Assembly: GCA_965221165.1 (NCBI GenBank) | Contig: CBDCRP010000002.1 | Span: 736,001-800,000, forward strand | Direction of reading: 5' to 3' | DNA length: 64,000 bases | From: a bacterium | Lineage (GTDB): Bacteria > UBA8248 | Shown here: positions 1 to 9,787 of the stretch, one piece after another | How the letters are laid out: each line of letters begins with the position of its first letter | Numbering within the stretch: position 1 is the stretch's first letter | Made by a program: the position numbers and the translations under genes | Notes under the pieces: model-generated | The model's input: only the letters and a program-made list of their open reading frames with translations | Told to the model about the DNA's origin: nothing | Databases searched by the model: none

Positions 1-1146
1 ACCGAGCGCAAGCGTGCCGAAGATACCGCATACCAGGTGAACCGAAACGGCGCCGACCGGATCGTCAATCTTGATCTTGTCGAGGAACGGAACCGCGATG
101 CAGACGATGACGCCCGCGGCCAGACCGATTATCACCGCCCCAAACGGAGTAACGTTCGCGCATGGCGCCGTGATGGCGACCAGGCCTGCAAGCGCGCCGT
201 TCACGCTCATGGAAAGATCGGCCTTGCCGAACATGGCTCTCGACGTGATGCTTGAAGCCACGACACCCGCCGAGGCGGCGAGGTTCGTCGTCACTGCGAT
301 GCGCGCGATGGCTCCCGCATCGGCGGCCATGGTGCTGCCCGGGTTAAACCCGAACCATCCGAGCCACAAGATGAACCCACCCAGTGTAACGAGCGGCATG
401 TTGTGGCCGGGAATCGGCTGCATCCGGCCGTCGGACGAATACTTCCCGAGCCGGGGACCAAGAACGATGATTCCGGCGAGGCCCGCCCAGCCGCCTACGG
501 AGTGAACCACGGTGGAACCGGCGAAATCGAGAAAACCCATTCCGCCCAACCAGCCGCCACCCCAAATCCAGTGGCCCTGGATGGGATAGATGATGGCGAC
601 GAGCAGGAAGCTGAAGACCATGAACGAGGAGAACTTGATGCGCTCGGCCACACAACCCGAAACGATGGTCGCCGCCGTCGCCGCGAAAACGAGCTGGAAG
701 AAAAACTTCGCGTATAGAGGCACACCCGTCCAGTTGAGGGATGAGAAAACACCCTTGTACGCATCGCCCGTGGCCGGGCTGTTGTCCACCCCAGACAGGA
801 GAAATCCATTCGTTCCGAATATCGAACTGCCATCACCGAACATGAGGGCGAAACCCAATATCCAGAATGCCAGGGACGAGACGGCTACAACGCCGAAATT
901 CTTATAGAGAATGGCGACGGTGTTCTTCGCGCGGCAAAGCCCCGATTCGAGCATCGCGAAACCCGCGTGCATAAAAAACACCAGAAACCCAGCCACCATC
1001 ACCCAAACGGTGTCCGCCGCGACTTGCAAACCAGCGAGGCTCTTCGCCATGGTCTTGACATCCTGCGCCCAACCGCTGGCGGCGAAAGACAAAACCCCCA
1101 TGGCGAAAACCAGCGTCGCCGCAATATAGAGATTCCTTCTTCTCAT
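1..1146 (-). CDS. amt: Ammonium transporter (Amt family), 3' end runs off the window
   Basis: Not in the ORF track. Minus-strand frame from ATG 1146 (GGAGG RBS upstream) reads FFMHAGFAMLESG, DFAGSTVVHSVGGWAG and KIDDPVGAVSVHLVCGIFGTL, which are Amt signatures. Confidence 0.95.
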   Translation of the reverse strand, partial: MRRRNLYIAATLVFAMGVLSFAASGWAQDVKTMAKSLAGLQVAADTVWVMVAGFLVFFMHAGFAMLESGLCRAKNTVAILYKNFGVVAVSSLAFWILGFALMFGDGSSIFGTNGFLLSGVDNSPATGDAYKGVFSSLNWTGVPLYAKFFFQLVFAATAATIVSGCVAERIKFSSFMVFSFLLVAIIYPIQGHWIWGGGWLGGMGFLDFAGSTVVHSVGGWAGLAGIIVLGPRLGKYSSDGRMQPIPGHNMPLVTLGGFILWLGWFGFNPGSTMAADAGAIARIAVTTNLAASAGVVASSITSRAMFGKADLSMSVNGALAGLVAITAPCANVTPFGAVIIGLAAGVIVCIAVPFLDKIKIDDPVGAVSVHLVCGIFGTLALG

Positions 1147-1394
1147 ACCCCTTCCTCCGATATGTTTGAGCTATTTCGAGAATTTACATTCTTAAAGCAT
1201 CATCTCTATTTTGTAGGCGAGAAGTATTTCCATGGCGTTTCCATCGTATTACCCGAAAGTTAATAACACTCTCCCCAACCCCAACCCAGCCTCGGTTTGA
1301 CAGGGGGTATCTGGCGTGTTAGCAATTCCGAAAATTCAACAAAATCTGCTCAGGACGAACTCTTTTCAGGAATAAATCCATGCAAGGAGAAACA

Positions 1395-1838
1395 ATGCCT
1401 CCAAATCAAAAACCCAAGATTCCCTCAAGGGCCCTCAACCGCGGAACTAAACTATGGACCAAGGAATTCACGGAGCGCATCGGCCATGACATGGCCGAGT
1501 GGGCGGATGAGGAATTCATGGAACTGTTCATGAACTTCTGCTACGGCGGGCTTTACGACAGGAATGTCCTGCCCCAGAAAACCCGGGAGCTTTGCGCCGT
1601 GGCCGCGTGCGTCATGGCCAACGCGCATCCACAACTGCGCACCCACATTCAAGCAGCCTGGAACTGCGGGGCGACGAAACGACAGATCATGGAAGTCATC
1701 ATCCAGATGGCCATCTACTGCGGGATGCCCTATATGCTTCAAGCGGCCCGAATCGCAGCGAATGAGGTTTTCCCCTTGCTCAAGCGCGGAGAAAAGGCCG
1801 CCGCCCCGCCACCGGGCCTGAAGCTGAAAGAAGAGTAA
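1395..1838 (+). CDS. Carboxymuconolactone decarboxylase (CMD/AhpD-like) family protein
   Basis: YGGLYDRNVLPQKTRELC...QLRTHIQAAWNCGAT..QIMEVIIQMAIYCGMP pattern; AAGGAG RBS before ATG 1395. Confidence 0.85.
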   Translation: MPPNQKPKIPSRALNRGTKLWTKEFTERIGHDMAEWADEEFMELFMNFCYGGLYDRNVLPQKTRELCAVAACVMANAHPQLRTHIQAAWNCGATKRQIMEVIIQMAIYCGMPYMLQAARIAANEVFPLLKRGEKAAAPPPGLKLKEE

Positions 1839-1902
1839 CCCGAAACCACGGGCGCCTGACGGCGCCCAAGCCCAAAATCAAATTCGTGAGGAGCATTTTC
1901 AA

Positions 1903-2679
1903 ATGGCCCGTAGAATCGTAGACCTAAGCGTTCCCCTTCAAAACGCGCCCATGGAGAACAATCCGGCCGCTATCCAGTACGTGAACCACACCGAACTCGG
2001 GCGTATGCGAGCCAAGTCATACAGATTTCCGGACACCGGCTATTTTCCGGACAACATGCACTGCGCTACGGAAAACATCACCGCCATCAGTACGCACAGC
2101 GGCACACACCTCGATTCCCCGTACCACTATGGTCCCGAATGCGAAGGCAAACCCTCGAAAACGATCGACCTCGTTCCCCTCGAATGGTGCGTGGGCGATG
2201 GGGTCGTCCTGGATTTTCATGACGCCGAGCGCGGGCACAACATCACGGTGGAGGAAACGCAGCAAAAAGTGGCGGCCCTCGAAGAGAAAGGCTATTCACT
2301 CAAGCCGATGGATATCGTCCTCATTCGCACCGACCACACCACGAAATATCTGTATTCTCCCGACTTTGAACAAACCCACCCGGGTATGAGCGTGGACGCC
2401 ACGGAATGGCTGGTCGATCAGGGAATCAAGGTGATGGGTATAGACGCATGGGGTTTCGATATTCCCGTCTCCAAGATGACGGAACTCAGACGTCAGGGAA
2501 ACACGAAAGATTTTTTCGGCAGCCATTTCCTGGGCCGTAAGAAAGAATATATCCATGCGGAAAAACTCACGAATCTCGACAAGATTCCTGAATTCGGTTT
2601 CACCGTCTCTATGCTCCCCGTCAAAATAGAGCGCGCGAGCGGCGCCTGGTGTCGGGCAGTGGCGATAATCGACGACTAA
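1903..2679 (+). CDS. Cyclase family metal-dependent hydrolase (kynurenine formamidase-like)
   Basis: HSGTHLDSPYH (HxGTHxDxPxH), GIDAWGFD, EKLTNL and GAWCRAVA motifs. Confidence 0.9.
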   Translation: MARRIVDLSVPLQNAPMENNPAAIQYVNHTELGRMRAKSYRFPDTGYFPDNMHCATENITAISTHSGTHLDSPYHYGPECEGKPSKTIDLVPLEWCVGDGVVLDFHDAERGHNITVEETQQKVAALEEKGYSLKPMDIVLIRTDHTTKYLYSPDFEQTHPGMSVDATEWLVDQGIKVMGIDAWGFDIPVSKMTELRRQGNTKDFFGSHFLGRKKEYIHAEKLTNLDKIPEFGFTVSMLPVKIERASGAWCRAVAIIDD

Positions 2680-2796
2680 CCCGAATCCCGGGCATCTGGA
2701 TCGGACGGAGTGCAAGGCGATGACTTTTCAGAAAAATATGGTAATATCTCTCTCATATAACAGTAGTGAGGAAGTGGAACCTAGAGGAGTGGATCG

Positions 2797-2994
2797 ATGG
2801 CTCTACATGAGAGCGCAGTGAATCAAGAAGTCGTATCCGGTGGCCTCATCCGGCGCATGGAGGCCGTCAAGCCGGCCGTATTGGCGATCGTTTTCGGCAT
2901 ATTCATCCTCTATGGCGTGGGTTTCGCCCAACCACAGCTTTTACATGACGCCGCCCACGACACCCGACACGCATTCGCCTTCCCCTGTCATTAA
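2797..2994 (+). CDS. cbtB: CbtB-like small cobalt-transporter subunit
   Basis: Single TM helix followed by C-terminal HDAAHDTRHAFAFPCH; GAGGAG RBS. Confidence 0.85.
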   Translation: MALHESAVNQEVVSGGLIRRMEAVKPAVLAIVFGIFILYGVGFAQPQLLHDAAHDTRHAFAFPCH

Positions 2995-3025
2995 CAAGCC
3001 GGAACAACTCTTCGCCAAGAGATAG

Positions 3026-3059
3026 ACGGCGCCCTTTCCCGCGGCGCCGTTTTTTCTTT
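3026..3059 (+). terminator. Probable intrinsic terminator after cbtB
   Basis: ACGGCGCC/GGCGCCGT stem followed by a T-run. Confidence 0.65.
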
Positions 3060-3069
3060 GAGGAACCGG

Positions 3070-3420
3070 ATGTCCGAGGATAATACGGAACATAAGCCCT
3101 GGGGGTATTACACCGAATTGGCCGATGAGCCGGACCACAAGGTCAAACGGGTTGTCGTCTATCCGGGGCAGCGCCTCAGCCTACAGCGGCATATGCACAG
3201 GGCCGAGCATTGGCACGCCATATCCGGACAGGCCATCGTCATCCGGGAAGAAGAGGAAATCGCGTTTTCCGCCGGTCAAAGCATGGATATACCCCAAAGG
3301 ACATGGCACCGGATTCAAAACGAAAAAAATGCGCCCTTCGTTTTCATCGAAGTGCAAACAGGCGCCTACTTCGGTGAAGACGACATCGAACGACGCGAAG
3401 ATGACTACGGGAGAGTTTGA
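3070..3420 (+). CDS. Stand-alone mannose-6-phosphate isomerase type II C-terminal cupin
   Basis: KPWGYY, PGQRLSLQRHMHRAEHW, WHRIQN and IEVQTGAYFGEDDIER motifs. Confidence 0.9.
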   Translation: MSEDNTEHKPWGYYTELADEPDHKVKRVVVYPGQRLSLQRHMHRAEHWHAISGQAIVIREEEEIAFSAGQSMDIPQRTWHRIQNEKNAPFVFIEVQTGAYFGEDDIERREDDYGRV

Positions 3421-3516
3421 GAAAGCATCCCTGGTAAGCGAATAAAAAAATACCCCCATCAGCATACGGGGGTGTGTTCTGTTTTCTGTTCATCTTGAAA
3501 CGAAAGCGCCTAGGAT

Positions 3517-4716
3517 CTAACCTGTGCGAAGCTGCTCCAATGCAACGGCCAAGCGCTCTACCCCACGCTCGCATTCTTCCGTCGAGCACGAATATGCGAT
3601 TCTGAGATATCCTTCGCCACCAAAAACAGCGCCGTTCACCGTGGCGATGGCATGTTCATTCAGAAGATAGCTCGCCACCTCGGCCGAAGTCTCGCCAAAA
3701 GCCTTCACGTTCGGGAACGCATAAAACGCACCCGTGGGCTCCGCCAGGGTGACGCCTTCTATCGCGCGCAGCCCCTCGGATATCACGCGCCGCCGCTTGT
3801 CGAACTCACGCGTCATCGCCTCCATGGGCGCCTGGTCCTCGAGCACGCCGCGCGCAGCGCCATGCTGAATGAACGTGTTGACGCACACGGTGGTGTATTG
3901 GCGAATCTTGAGCAAGTGGCGGGTGATCTCGGGGCTCGCCACCGTCCAACCGAGCCGCCAGCCGTCCATGCTGTAGAATTTTGAAAATCCATTGATGATC
4001 ACCGTGCGTTCCGCCATACCGGGTTGCGAGAAAATGCTCGGAGCGCACGGCGCATCGCCATAGTAAATGCGCGCATATATCTCGTCACTCAGCACCATGA
4101 GATTACGCTTCACCGCCAGGGCTGCGATTTTTGCGAGTTCAGCCTCAGGTATAGTGCAGCCTGTGGGATTGCCGGGTGAAGTGAGGCAAACGAGTTTCGT
4201 CTTGGGCGTCAAAACCGCCTCGATGTCCTCGGCGCGCAATGCGAAATCGTTCTCTTCTTTCGTTGTCACTTCAACGGGCACGCCACCAGCCAGCGCCGTA
4301 CAGGATTTATAATGATGCCAGTTCGGCTGCGCGATGATCACCTCATCACCGGGATTGATCAAAGCCATCATGGAAACCATGATGCCCTCGTTCGCCCCCG
4401 CCATGACGATGACCTGCGTATCCGGGTTCACCCCCACGCCGGTGTCGACCTCCGTTCTGTACGCGATGCCTTTTCGCAGGGCGGGAACCCCCGTGCTGGG
4501 GGCATAGTGAACGTCGCCCCGGGCAAGGGATTCAGCGGCCCCTTGTTTGATATGCTCGGGCGTATCGAAATCCGTGCGGCCGATTTGCCAATGGATGACA
4601 TCGCGCCCTTCACCTTCGAGCTTCGCCACTGCGTCGAAAACCTTGCGTATGCCCGAAAAGGGAATCTCCTCTAAACGATCCGCGCCCACGGCCTGGGCGT
4701 CAAAAGCAGCAACCAT
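3517..4716 (-). CDS. PLP-dependent class I/II aminotransferase (aspartate aminotransferase-like)
   Basis: SPGNPTG, SDEIY, NGFSKFYSMDGWRLGW (PLP Lys) and GAFYAFP motifs. Confidence 0.93.
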   Translation of the reverse strand: MVAAFDAQAVGADRLEEIPFSGIRKVFDAVAKLEGEGRDVIHWQIGRTDFDTPEHIKQGAAESLARGDVHYAPSTGVPALRKGIAYRTEVDTGVGVNPDTQVIVMAGANEGIMVSMMALINPGDEVIIAQPNWHHYKSCTALAGGVPVEVTTKEENDFALRAEDIEAVLTPKTKLVCLTSPGNPTGCTIPEAELAKIAALAVKRNLMVLSDEIYARIYYGDAPCAPSIFSQPGMAERTVIINGFSKFYSMDGWRLGWTVASPEITRHLLKIRQYTTVCVNTFIQHGAARGVLEDQAPMEAMTREFDKRRRVISEGLRAIEGVTLAEPTGAFYAFPNVKAFGETSAEVASYLLNEHAIATVNGAVFGGEGYLRIAYSCSTEECERGVERLAVALEQLRTG

Positions 4717-5058
4717 CTAAAATCTCCTTGCGAATGAAAATAATTTTGAAAAATAATGATTCCAAATCATTGAAAACGCGATTGAAGGCGCCTGTTATAG
4801 CCCTTGAGGCATGGAGGCGCAAGAGAACTCTCGCTTCGGCTATCGCAATATCAGCGGGCCGCTTCAATCTTCTTAAACCCAACAAGTCATGGCATGGGGA
4901 TAAGACAGAAGCAAGTCATCAAGCGCCTGAGCTATCCGTGCGTTTTGTATGCAACATCCCGTTAATTACCCACTACTGGTAGTGCGGGAGACACCGACCA
5001 ATTCGCTACCGCCCCGGTTCAGGGAAAACCTTGACGAGCATTAGACCGACCCCGGCGC

Positions 5059-5847
5059 CTAGAGCAAATCTCCTTGCATGATCGTCACGGCCCTGCCCCC
5101 CAGAACGATGCGATCTCCCAGAATTCTCATGCGCACGACACCCCCTCTCGCGGAGGCCTGATAGGCCGTGAGTTCTTCTTTTTTGAAGCGCCTCGCCCAA
5201 AATGGCCCCAGGCAACAATGAGCAGAACCCGTCACCGGGTCTTCGTTTACGCCAACCCCGGGTGCGAAAAAACGAGAGACGAAATCATACTCGGGGTCAT
5301 CCGCGCGCGCCGTGACAATGCAGCCGCGCGTGGGAATCGTCCGGAGAAGCTGAAAATCAGGCGCCAAGGCCCTCAGCGTGGATTCGGAATCCGCTTCCAC
5401 CAGGTAATCGAATTCGTTTTTTCCCACGTAGCGGGGCATGAGGCCGAGGCTCTCCACCAGGCCTTCCGGCGGAGCGGCGGGTGATTCCTGTGTGATCGGG
5501 AAATTCATTTCTATCCATTCATCTTTCTGCTCACAGGTCAAAACCCCGCTTTTGGTGTGAAAGATGATCGTTTCATCAGAGCCGAGATAGTCCTTCTCCC
5601 AAAGGACATGGGCGCCCGCAAGCGTTGCATGGCCGCAAAGGTCCACCTCGCTTACGGGTGTGAACCAGCGCAGGCCATAGCCGTCTTCTTGCTTCACTAC
5701 AAACGCGGTTTCAGAAAGATTCATCTCCCCCGCCACGCGCCGCATCCACCCCTCATCTACTTGTATCGGCAGGATGCAGACGGCGGCCGGATTGCCCGAG
5801 AAGGGCGTATCGGTAAACGCGTCTACTTGGACGATGGGAAATGACAT
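5059..5847 (-). CDS. PhzF/PhzC family isomerase
   Basis: VDAFTDTPFSGNPAAV, MNLSETAF, EVDLCGHATL and EDPVTGSAHC motifs. Confidence 0.95.
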   Translation of the reverse strand: MSFPIVQVDAFTDTPFSGNPAAVCILPIQVDEGWMRRVAGEMNLSETAFVVKQEDGYGLRWFTPVSEVDLCGHATLAGAHVLWEKDYLGSDETIIFHTKSGVLTCEQKDEWIEMNFPITQESPAAPPEGLVESLGLMPRYVGKNEFDYLVEADSESTLRALAPDFQLLRTIPTRGCIVTARADDPEYDFVSRFFAPGVGVNEDPVTGSAHCCLGPFWARRFKKEELTAYQASARGGVVRMRILGDRIVLGGRAVTIMQGDLL

Positions 5848-5873
5848 GGGGTCTTCTCGTAGAGAATAACGGG

Positions 5874-6344
5874 TCAGATGCGTTTGATGACGTCACCCGC
5901 GCGAATGGCGCCTTCGTTTAAAACTTGCGCGTTCAGTCCCGATCGGTTGATGAGCGCATCATGTAATCCATCTATACCCAATAAATTCTCAAAATATTTG
6001 CATGGCTCGTTCAGACGAACGCCGCGCATCCTCACTTCACCCACCTGAAATTCCGCACCCACCAGGTGATTGAGCGGAACGCCTCGCGTCAAGATGTTTC
6101 TCCTGCTCTGGCCCGCGTCGAGATTGATGTCGTGATCACGCGCAAGCGCCTCGATGGCTTCTATTTCGATGAGCGTCACCTCGCGATCGGGCCCCTGTTT
6201 TTTGGAATACGTGCCCACGCCCTCGGCATAACGATCTCCCGCCAGGCCGGACCCTATGACCGCCTGCGCCTGGGCGACCTCCATCATGGGTTCACCACCC
6301 ACCGAGGCGATATGGACCGAGACAACCTTGCCCTCGAAGGTCAT
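5874..6344 (-). CDS. MOSC domain protein (sulfur carrier / molybdenum-cofactor-associated)
   Basis: GLAGDRY, SRRNILTRGV, EPCKY and GAIRAGD motifs; ATG 6344 overlaps the upstream stop (ATGA). Confidence 0.88.
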   Translation of the reverse strand: MTFEGKVVSVHIASVGGEPMMEVAQAQAVIGSGLAGDRYAEGVGTYSKKQGPDREVTLIEIEAIEALARDHDINLDAGQSRRNILTRGVPLNHLVGAEFQVGEVRMRGVRLNEPCKYFENLLGIDGLHDALINRSGLNAQVLNEGAIRAGDVIKRI

Positions 6345-6583
6345 GATTGCGCATGCTCCCCGATCAGGTTGACGGCTTCCGATTCTGTGGGAAAGCTGCC
6401 CGAGTCCAGCTTCGACCACAAAAGTTCGCCATCCAGCACCAATTCGAAGGAGCCGACGCGAAATTTTCCGTCCTCGTTTCCGGGGATTTCCAGGTCCGGG
6501 AAATGTTTCTTCAAATCCTGAGCCAACTGCTCATAGCGGGGCCCGTAGTTTCATTTTTCACAATACTCAACGTGAAGTTTCAT
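6341..6583 (-). CDS. SelW/SelT/SelH (Rdx family) selenoprotein with CxxU motif
   Basis: GGAGAAGG RBS, then ATG 6583 gives MKLHVEYCEK-TGA(6553-6551)-NYGPRYEQLAQDLKK...GSFELVLDGELLWSKLDSGSFP, an Rdx pattern; small hairpin just downstream of the TGA. Confidence 0.85.
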
Positions 6584-6789
6584 TCATCCTTCTCCTGCAG
6601 GAAATAAAAGTTGGCGAGCACTCACATCATAGAAGAATTGGACCGCTAGGAGAAGAGTGCGAGAAGTAAAATCCTGAAATTTGACTTTTCGCGCACTCAT
6701 AATCCTGCGAAACCCGCGCGCGGCTTGACTAATTCACCGACACAAGAGAAAAAACTCCCCAATTTCCAAAGAGAACCCAAGGAGGAGAA

Positions 6790-8193
6790 ATGGCTGGAAT
6801 CACCCGAGTAGGAGCATATATACCCTTTCATCGGCTGGGCGGAGAAACCGTACGGGCCGTATGGGGAACAGGCAGCCCAAGGGCTTCGCGCCCTCTGGCC
6901 GGTTTCGACGAAGACCCCATCACCATGGGGGTGGAGGCGTTGATCAACGCCGCGGGCTGGGGCGATTCCGAAGTCGATTCACTCTATTTCGCCTCCACGT
7001 CCCATCCTTACGCCGAAAAATCAAACGCAAGCGTTCTCGCCGCAGCGGCGGATTTGCCCGAAAAACTCTTCACCCTGGATGCGGGCGGCTCCCTGCGCGC
7101 GGGCACGTCCGCGCTCAAAGCCGCTTGTGACGCCATCGAAGCAGGCTCATCCAAAGCGGCGGCCGTGGTGGCGGCGGAAAAAAGGCCCTCGCTGCCCGGA
7201 AGTCCCGATGAACTGGGCCTCTGCGACGGCGCCGCGGCGATGTTGCTCGGTAAAGGGGACGAGGTGGCCGCGGAGATCGAGGCGATTTATTCATGGTCCG
7301 AGGATTTCATCGACAGGTGGCGGCTGCCGGGCGAGGGAGCCGTCTCAGCCGGTGACGCCAAATTCATCCAGGACTACGGCTATGTGCGCCAGAGCGTCGC
7401 CACCGTCGAGGGATTGCTCAAACAAACAGGCGCCACGAGAGAAGACATCGCGCGCGTGCTCGTCTACGCCCCGGACCCCCGCACCCATGCGGCAATCGCC
7501 AGAAAACTGGGTTTTCCCGACTCGGCTTATCCCGAACAACCGCTCATCGCGCGGCTCGGAGATTCCGGGGCGGCGGCGCCTCTGCTCTCTCTCGTCGATG
7601 CCCTCCAAAGCGCGGAACCGGGCGAGCACATCATCGTCGCGGGTCACGGAAGCGGGGGGGAAGCCATCCTGCTTCGGGTGACGGACAAGGTCCATTCCTT
7701 GAGGGCTCAGCGGGGAGTCGGCTGGTCTGTGGAGCGCGCGCGCGCCATCCCGAATTACGGCCAATGGCTCAAATTCAGAGGCTTATCTCCCGAGGAGGAA
7801 ATCAAACCCTTCTCCTCGCCCAGTATCCTTTGGAAAGAAAACAGGGCGACCATGCGCTTGATGGCCGGCGTTTGCCGCTCATGCGGAGAGCTTCAGTATC
7901 CCCGCCAGCAAGTGTGCAATTCCTGTGGCGCGCGGGGAGAGTGGGATGAGCGAAAACTGAGCCGCAAGGGCAGAATCTTCACCTTCGTACACGATTACCT
8001 GCCCCCATCGCCGGAGGGCTTCATCACGATGGCCACGGTGGAACTCGAAGGCGGCGGACGCTTTTACGGCCAGATGACGAATCAGGTGAAAGACGATGTT
8101 CACATCGGCATGGAATGTGAACTCACTTTCAGGCTTCTCCATCAGGGCGATGGGTATTATAATTACTTCTGGAAACTGCGCCCCGCCGAATAG
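6790..8193 (+). CDS. HMG-CoA-synthase-like (thiolase fold) domain fused to DUF35 Zn-ribbon/OB-fold domain
   Basis: N-terminal GAYIP..RL, DEDPITMGVEA, LYFASTS and DGAAA; C-terminal CxxC(10)CxxC plus OB-fold ending in NYFWK. Confidence 0.85.
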   Translation: MAGITRVGAYIPFHRLGGETVRAVWGTGSPRASRPLAGFDEDPITMGVEALINAAGWGDSEVDSLYFASTSHPYAEKSNASVLAAAADLPEKLFTLDAGGSLRAGTSALKAACDAIEAGSSKAAAVVAAEKRPSLPGSPDELGLCDGAAAMLLGKGDEVAAEIEAIYSWSEDFIDRWRLPGEGAVSAGDAKFIQDYGYVRQSVATVEGLLKQTGATREDIARVLVYAPDPRTHAAIARKLGFPDSAYPEQPLIARLGDSGAAAPLLSLVDALQSAEPGEHIIVAGHGSGGEAILLRVTDKVHSLRAQRGVGWSVERARAIPNYGQWLKFRGLSPEEEIKPFSSPSILWKENRATMRLMAGVCRSCGELQYPRQQVCNSCGARGEWDERKLSRKGRIFTFVHDYLPPSPEGFITMATVELEGGGRFYGQMTNQVKDDVHIGMECELTFRLLHQGDGYYNYFWKLRPAE

Positions 8194-8239
8194 GGCTTCG
8201 TCTTTCCCGGGGGAGACCTCTTTTTTCAAGGAGTTGGAC

Positions 8240-9436
8240 ATGAGCGGAAGTATCGCCGGAAAAGTCGCCATCATCGGCGCGGGCATCACGAAATTCGGAG
8301 AACTCTTCGAGCAGAGCTATAACGATCTCGTGGTGGAAGCCGCCTTCAAGGCCTATCAGGATGCGGGCGTGAGCGGCGGCGACATCGAGGCTGCTTGGCT
8401 GGGCACGTATCTGCCGCTCGGCTGGGGTTTCGACGGCACGGGCGGACCCTCGCTTGCCGAAGCGCTGAACCTCTACCCGAAACCCGTCTCCCGGGTGTCG
8501 AACTACTGCACGACGGGCATGGAAGCCGTCCGCATGGCGGCGATGGCCGTAGCCTCGGGCATGCACGACGTCGTCCTCGCCGTAGGCGCCGAGAAGATGC
8601 GCGAAGTCCCTCCCCGGGGCAGCCTGGTGGCCCAACACGTTGAAAAACTACATCCTATGTATTCGAAAGGCCGCACGGCGCCGGGCAGCTTCGCCGTTCT
8701 GGCGAGGCGGTATTTCGAGGAATTCGGCGCGGACAAAGAGGATTTGGCCGAGGTGGCGGTGAAGAATCACTACCACGGGAGCCTGAACCCGCGCGCGCAC
8801 TTCAGAAAAGAGATCACCAAAGAACAGGTACTGAAAGCCCCGCCGGTGACCGAACCTTTGGGCCTATACGATTGCTGCCCCACGACGGATGGCGCCGCGG
8901 CGATCGTTCTCTGCCGGGCGGACCTGGCCGAGAAGCGCTTCGCCAAGAAAGACTACGTCCTGATCGACGGCATGGGGCTTTCCTGCGCGACGGGCTACAT
9001 CACCACGGCGTTCAACCCCAGGTTCAACTTCATCGGCTTCGAGGCCACCCAGGAGGCCGCGCGCCAAGCCTACGAGCAGTCCGGCGTAACGAACCCCCGC
9101 GAGGAGATAGACGTCGCGGAAGTACATGATTGTTTTACGATTACGGAGATTCTGAATTACGAGGACCTGGGCTTCGTCGAGAAGGGCGAGGGTCCTGATT
9201 TCGTGAAAAGCGGCGCGAGCAGGCTCGGCGGCGAGCTGCCCGTGAACACCTCGGGCGGCCTCAAGAGCTGCGGCCATCCCATCGGCGCAACGGGCGCGCG
9301 CGTGGTGGCCGACCTCACGCACCAGCTCTTAGGGTGCTGCGGCGACCGCCAGGTGAAGGGCGCGAAACGAGCGCTCGGCCACACACTCGGCGGCCCGGGT
9401 GCGGTCTCCAGCGTGTTCGTTTTGGGCAAGAATTGA
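8240..9436 (+). CDS. SCP2-type/archaeal-type thiolase (acetyl-CoA acetyltransferase family)
   Basis: NYCTTG (catalytic Cys), DCCPTTDGAAA, EVHDCFT and VNTSGGLKSCGHPIGATG motifs; AAGGAG RBS. Confidence 0.92.
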   Translation: MSGSIAGKVAIIGAGITKFGELFEQSYNDLVVEAAFKAYQDAGVSGGDIEAAWLGTYLPLGWGFDGTGGPSLAEALNLYPKPVSRVSNYCTTGMEAVRMAAMAVASGMHDVVLAVGAEKMREVPPRGSLVAQHVEKLHPMYSKGRTAPGSFAVLARRYFEEFGADKEDLAEVAVKNHYHGSLNPRAHFRKEITKEQVLKAPPVTEPLGLYDCCPTTDGAAAIVLCRADLAEKRFAKKDYVLIDGMGLSCATGYITTAFNPRFNFIGFEATQEAARQAYEQSGVTNPREEIDVAEVHDCFTITEILNYEDLGFVEKGEGPDFVKSGASRLGGELPVNTSGGLKSCGHPIGATGARVVADLTHQLLGCCGDRQVKGAKRALGHTLGGPGAVSSVFVLGKN

Positions 9437-9449
9437 GAAAATAATGAAA

Positions 9450-9471
9450 CCCCCGGGCGCGCGCCCGGGGG
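9450..9471. terminator. GC-rich palindrome after the thiolase gene, probable terminator
   Basis: CCCCCGGGCGC-GCGCCCGGGGG perfect palindrome 14 nt after the stop. Confidence 0.55.
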
Positions 9472-9599
9472 AATTTCACCCCCGCAACTCCCCGCATATC
9501 CGCGCATTCGCCGTTATCGCGGGCATCGCTGGCCATGGCAGAATTCCCCTGCGCTGCGATGCGGCGGCGTCTTTTCGACCCTCCCAAAAGTATTCATTT

Positions 9600-9787
9600 A
9601 TTTATCGAAAGACCCCGGAAATTTATCTAATTTTATGGGATTTAGAGACATAAGCAGTTCCCATTAGACATGAAATCCCGCTACCATATTGATATTATTA
9701 TGAATATCCACTATTCCCAATCTCGCTTAGAACCCTCCTCATATGGTATGTAATCAAAACGAAAGCGGATTCATTAAAACTCCTGCG
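9600..9787 (+). repeat. 188-bp AT-rich direct repeat, copy A
   Basis: Matches 17627-17814 with 5 mismatches by manual alignment. Confidence 0.95.

Noticed and set aside
9679-9708. Possible Xer dif/cer-like site in the 188-bp repeat (CATAT-8 nt-TTATG)
   Set aside because: Only the inner bases match; the outer XerC and XerD arm positions do not.
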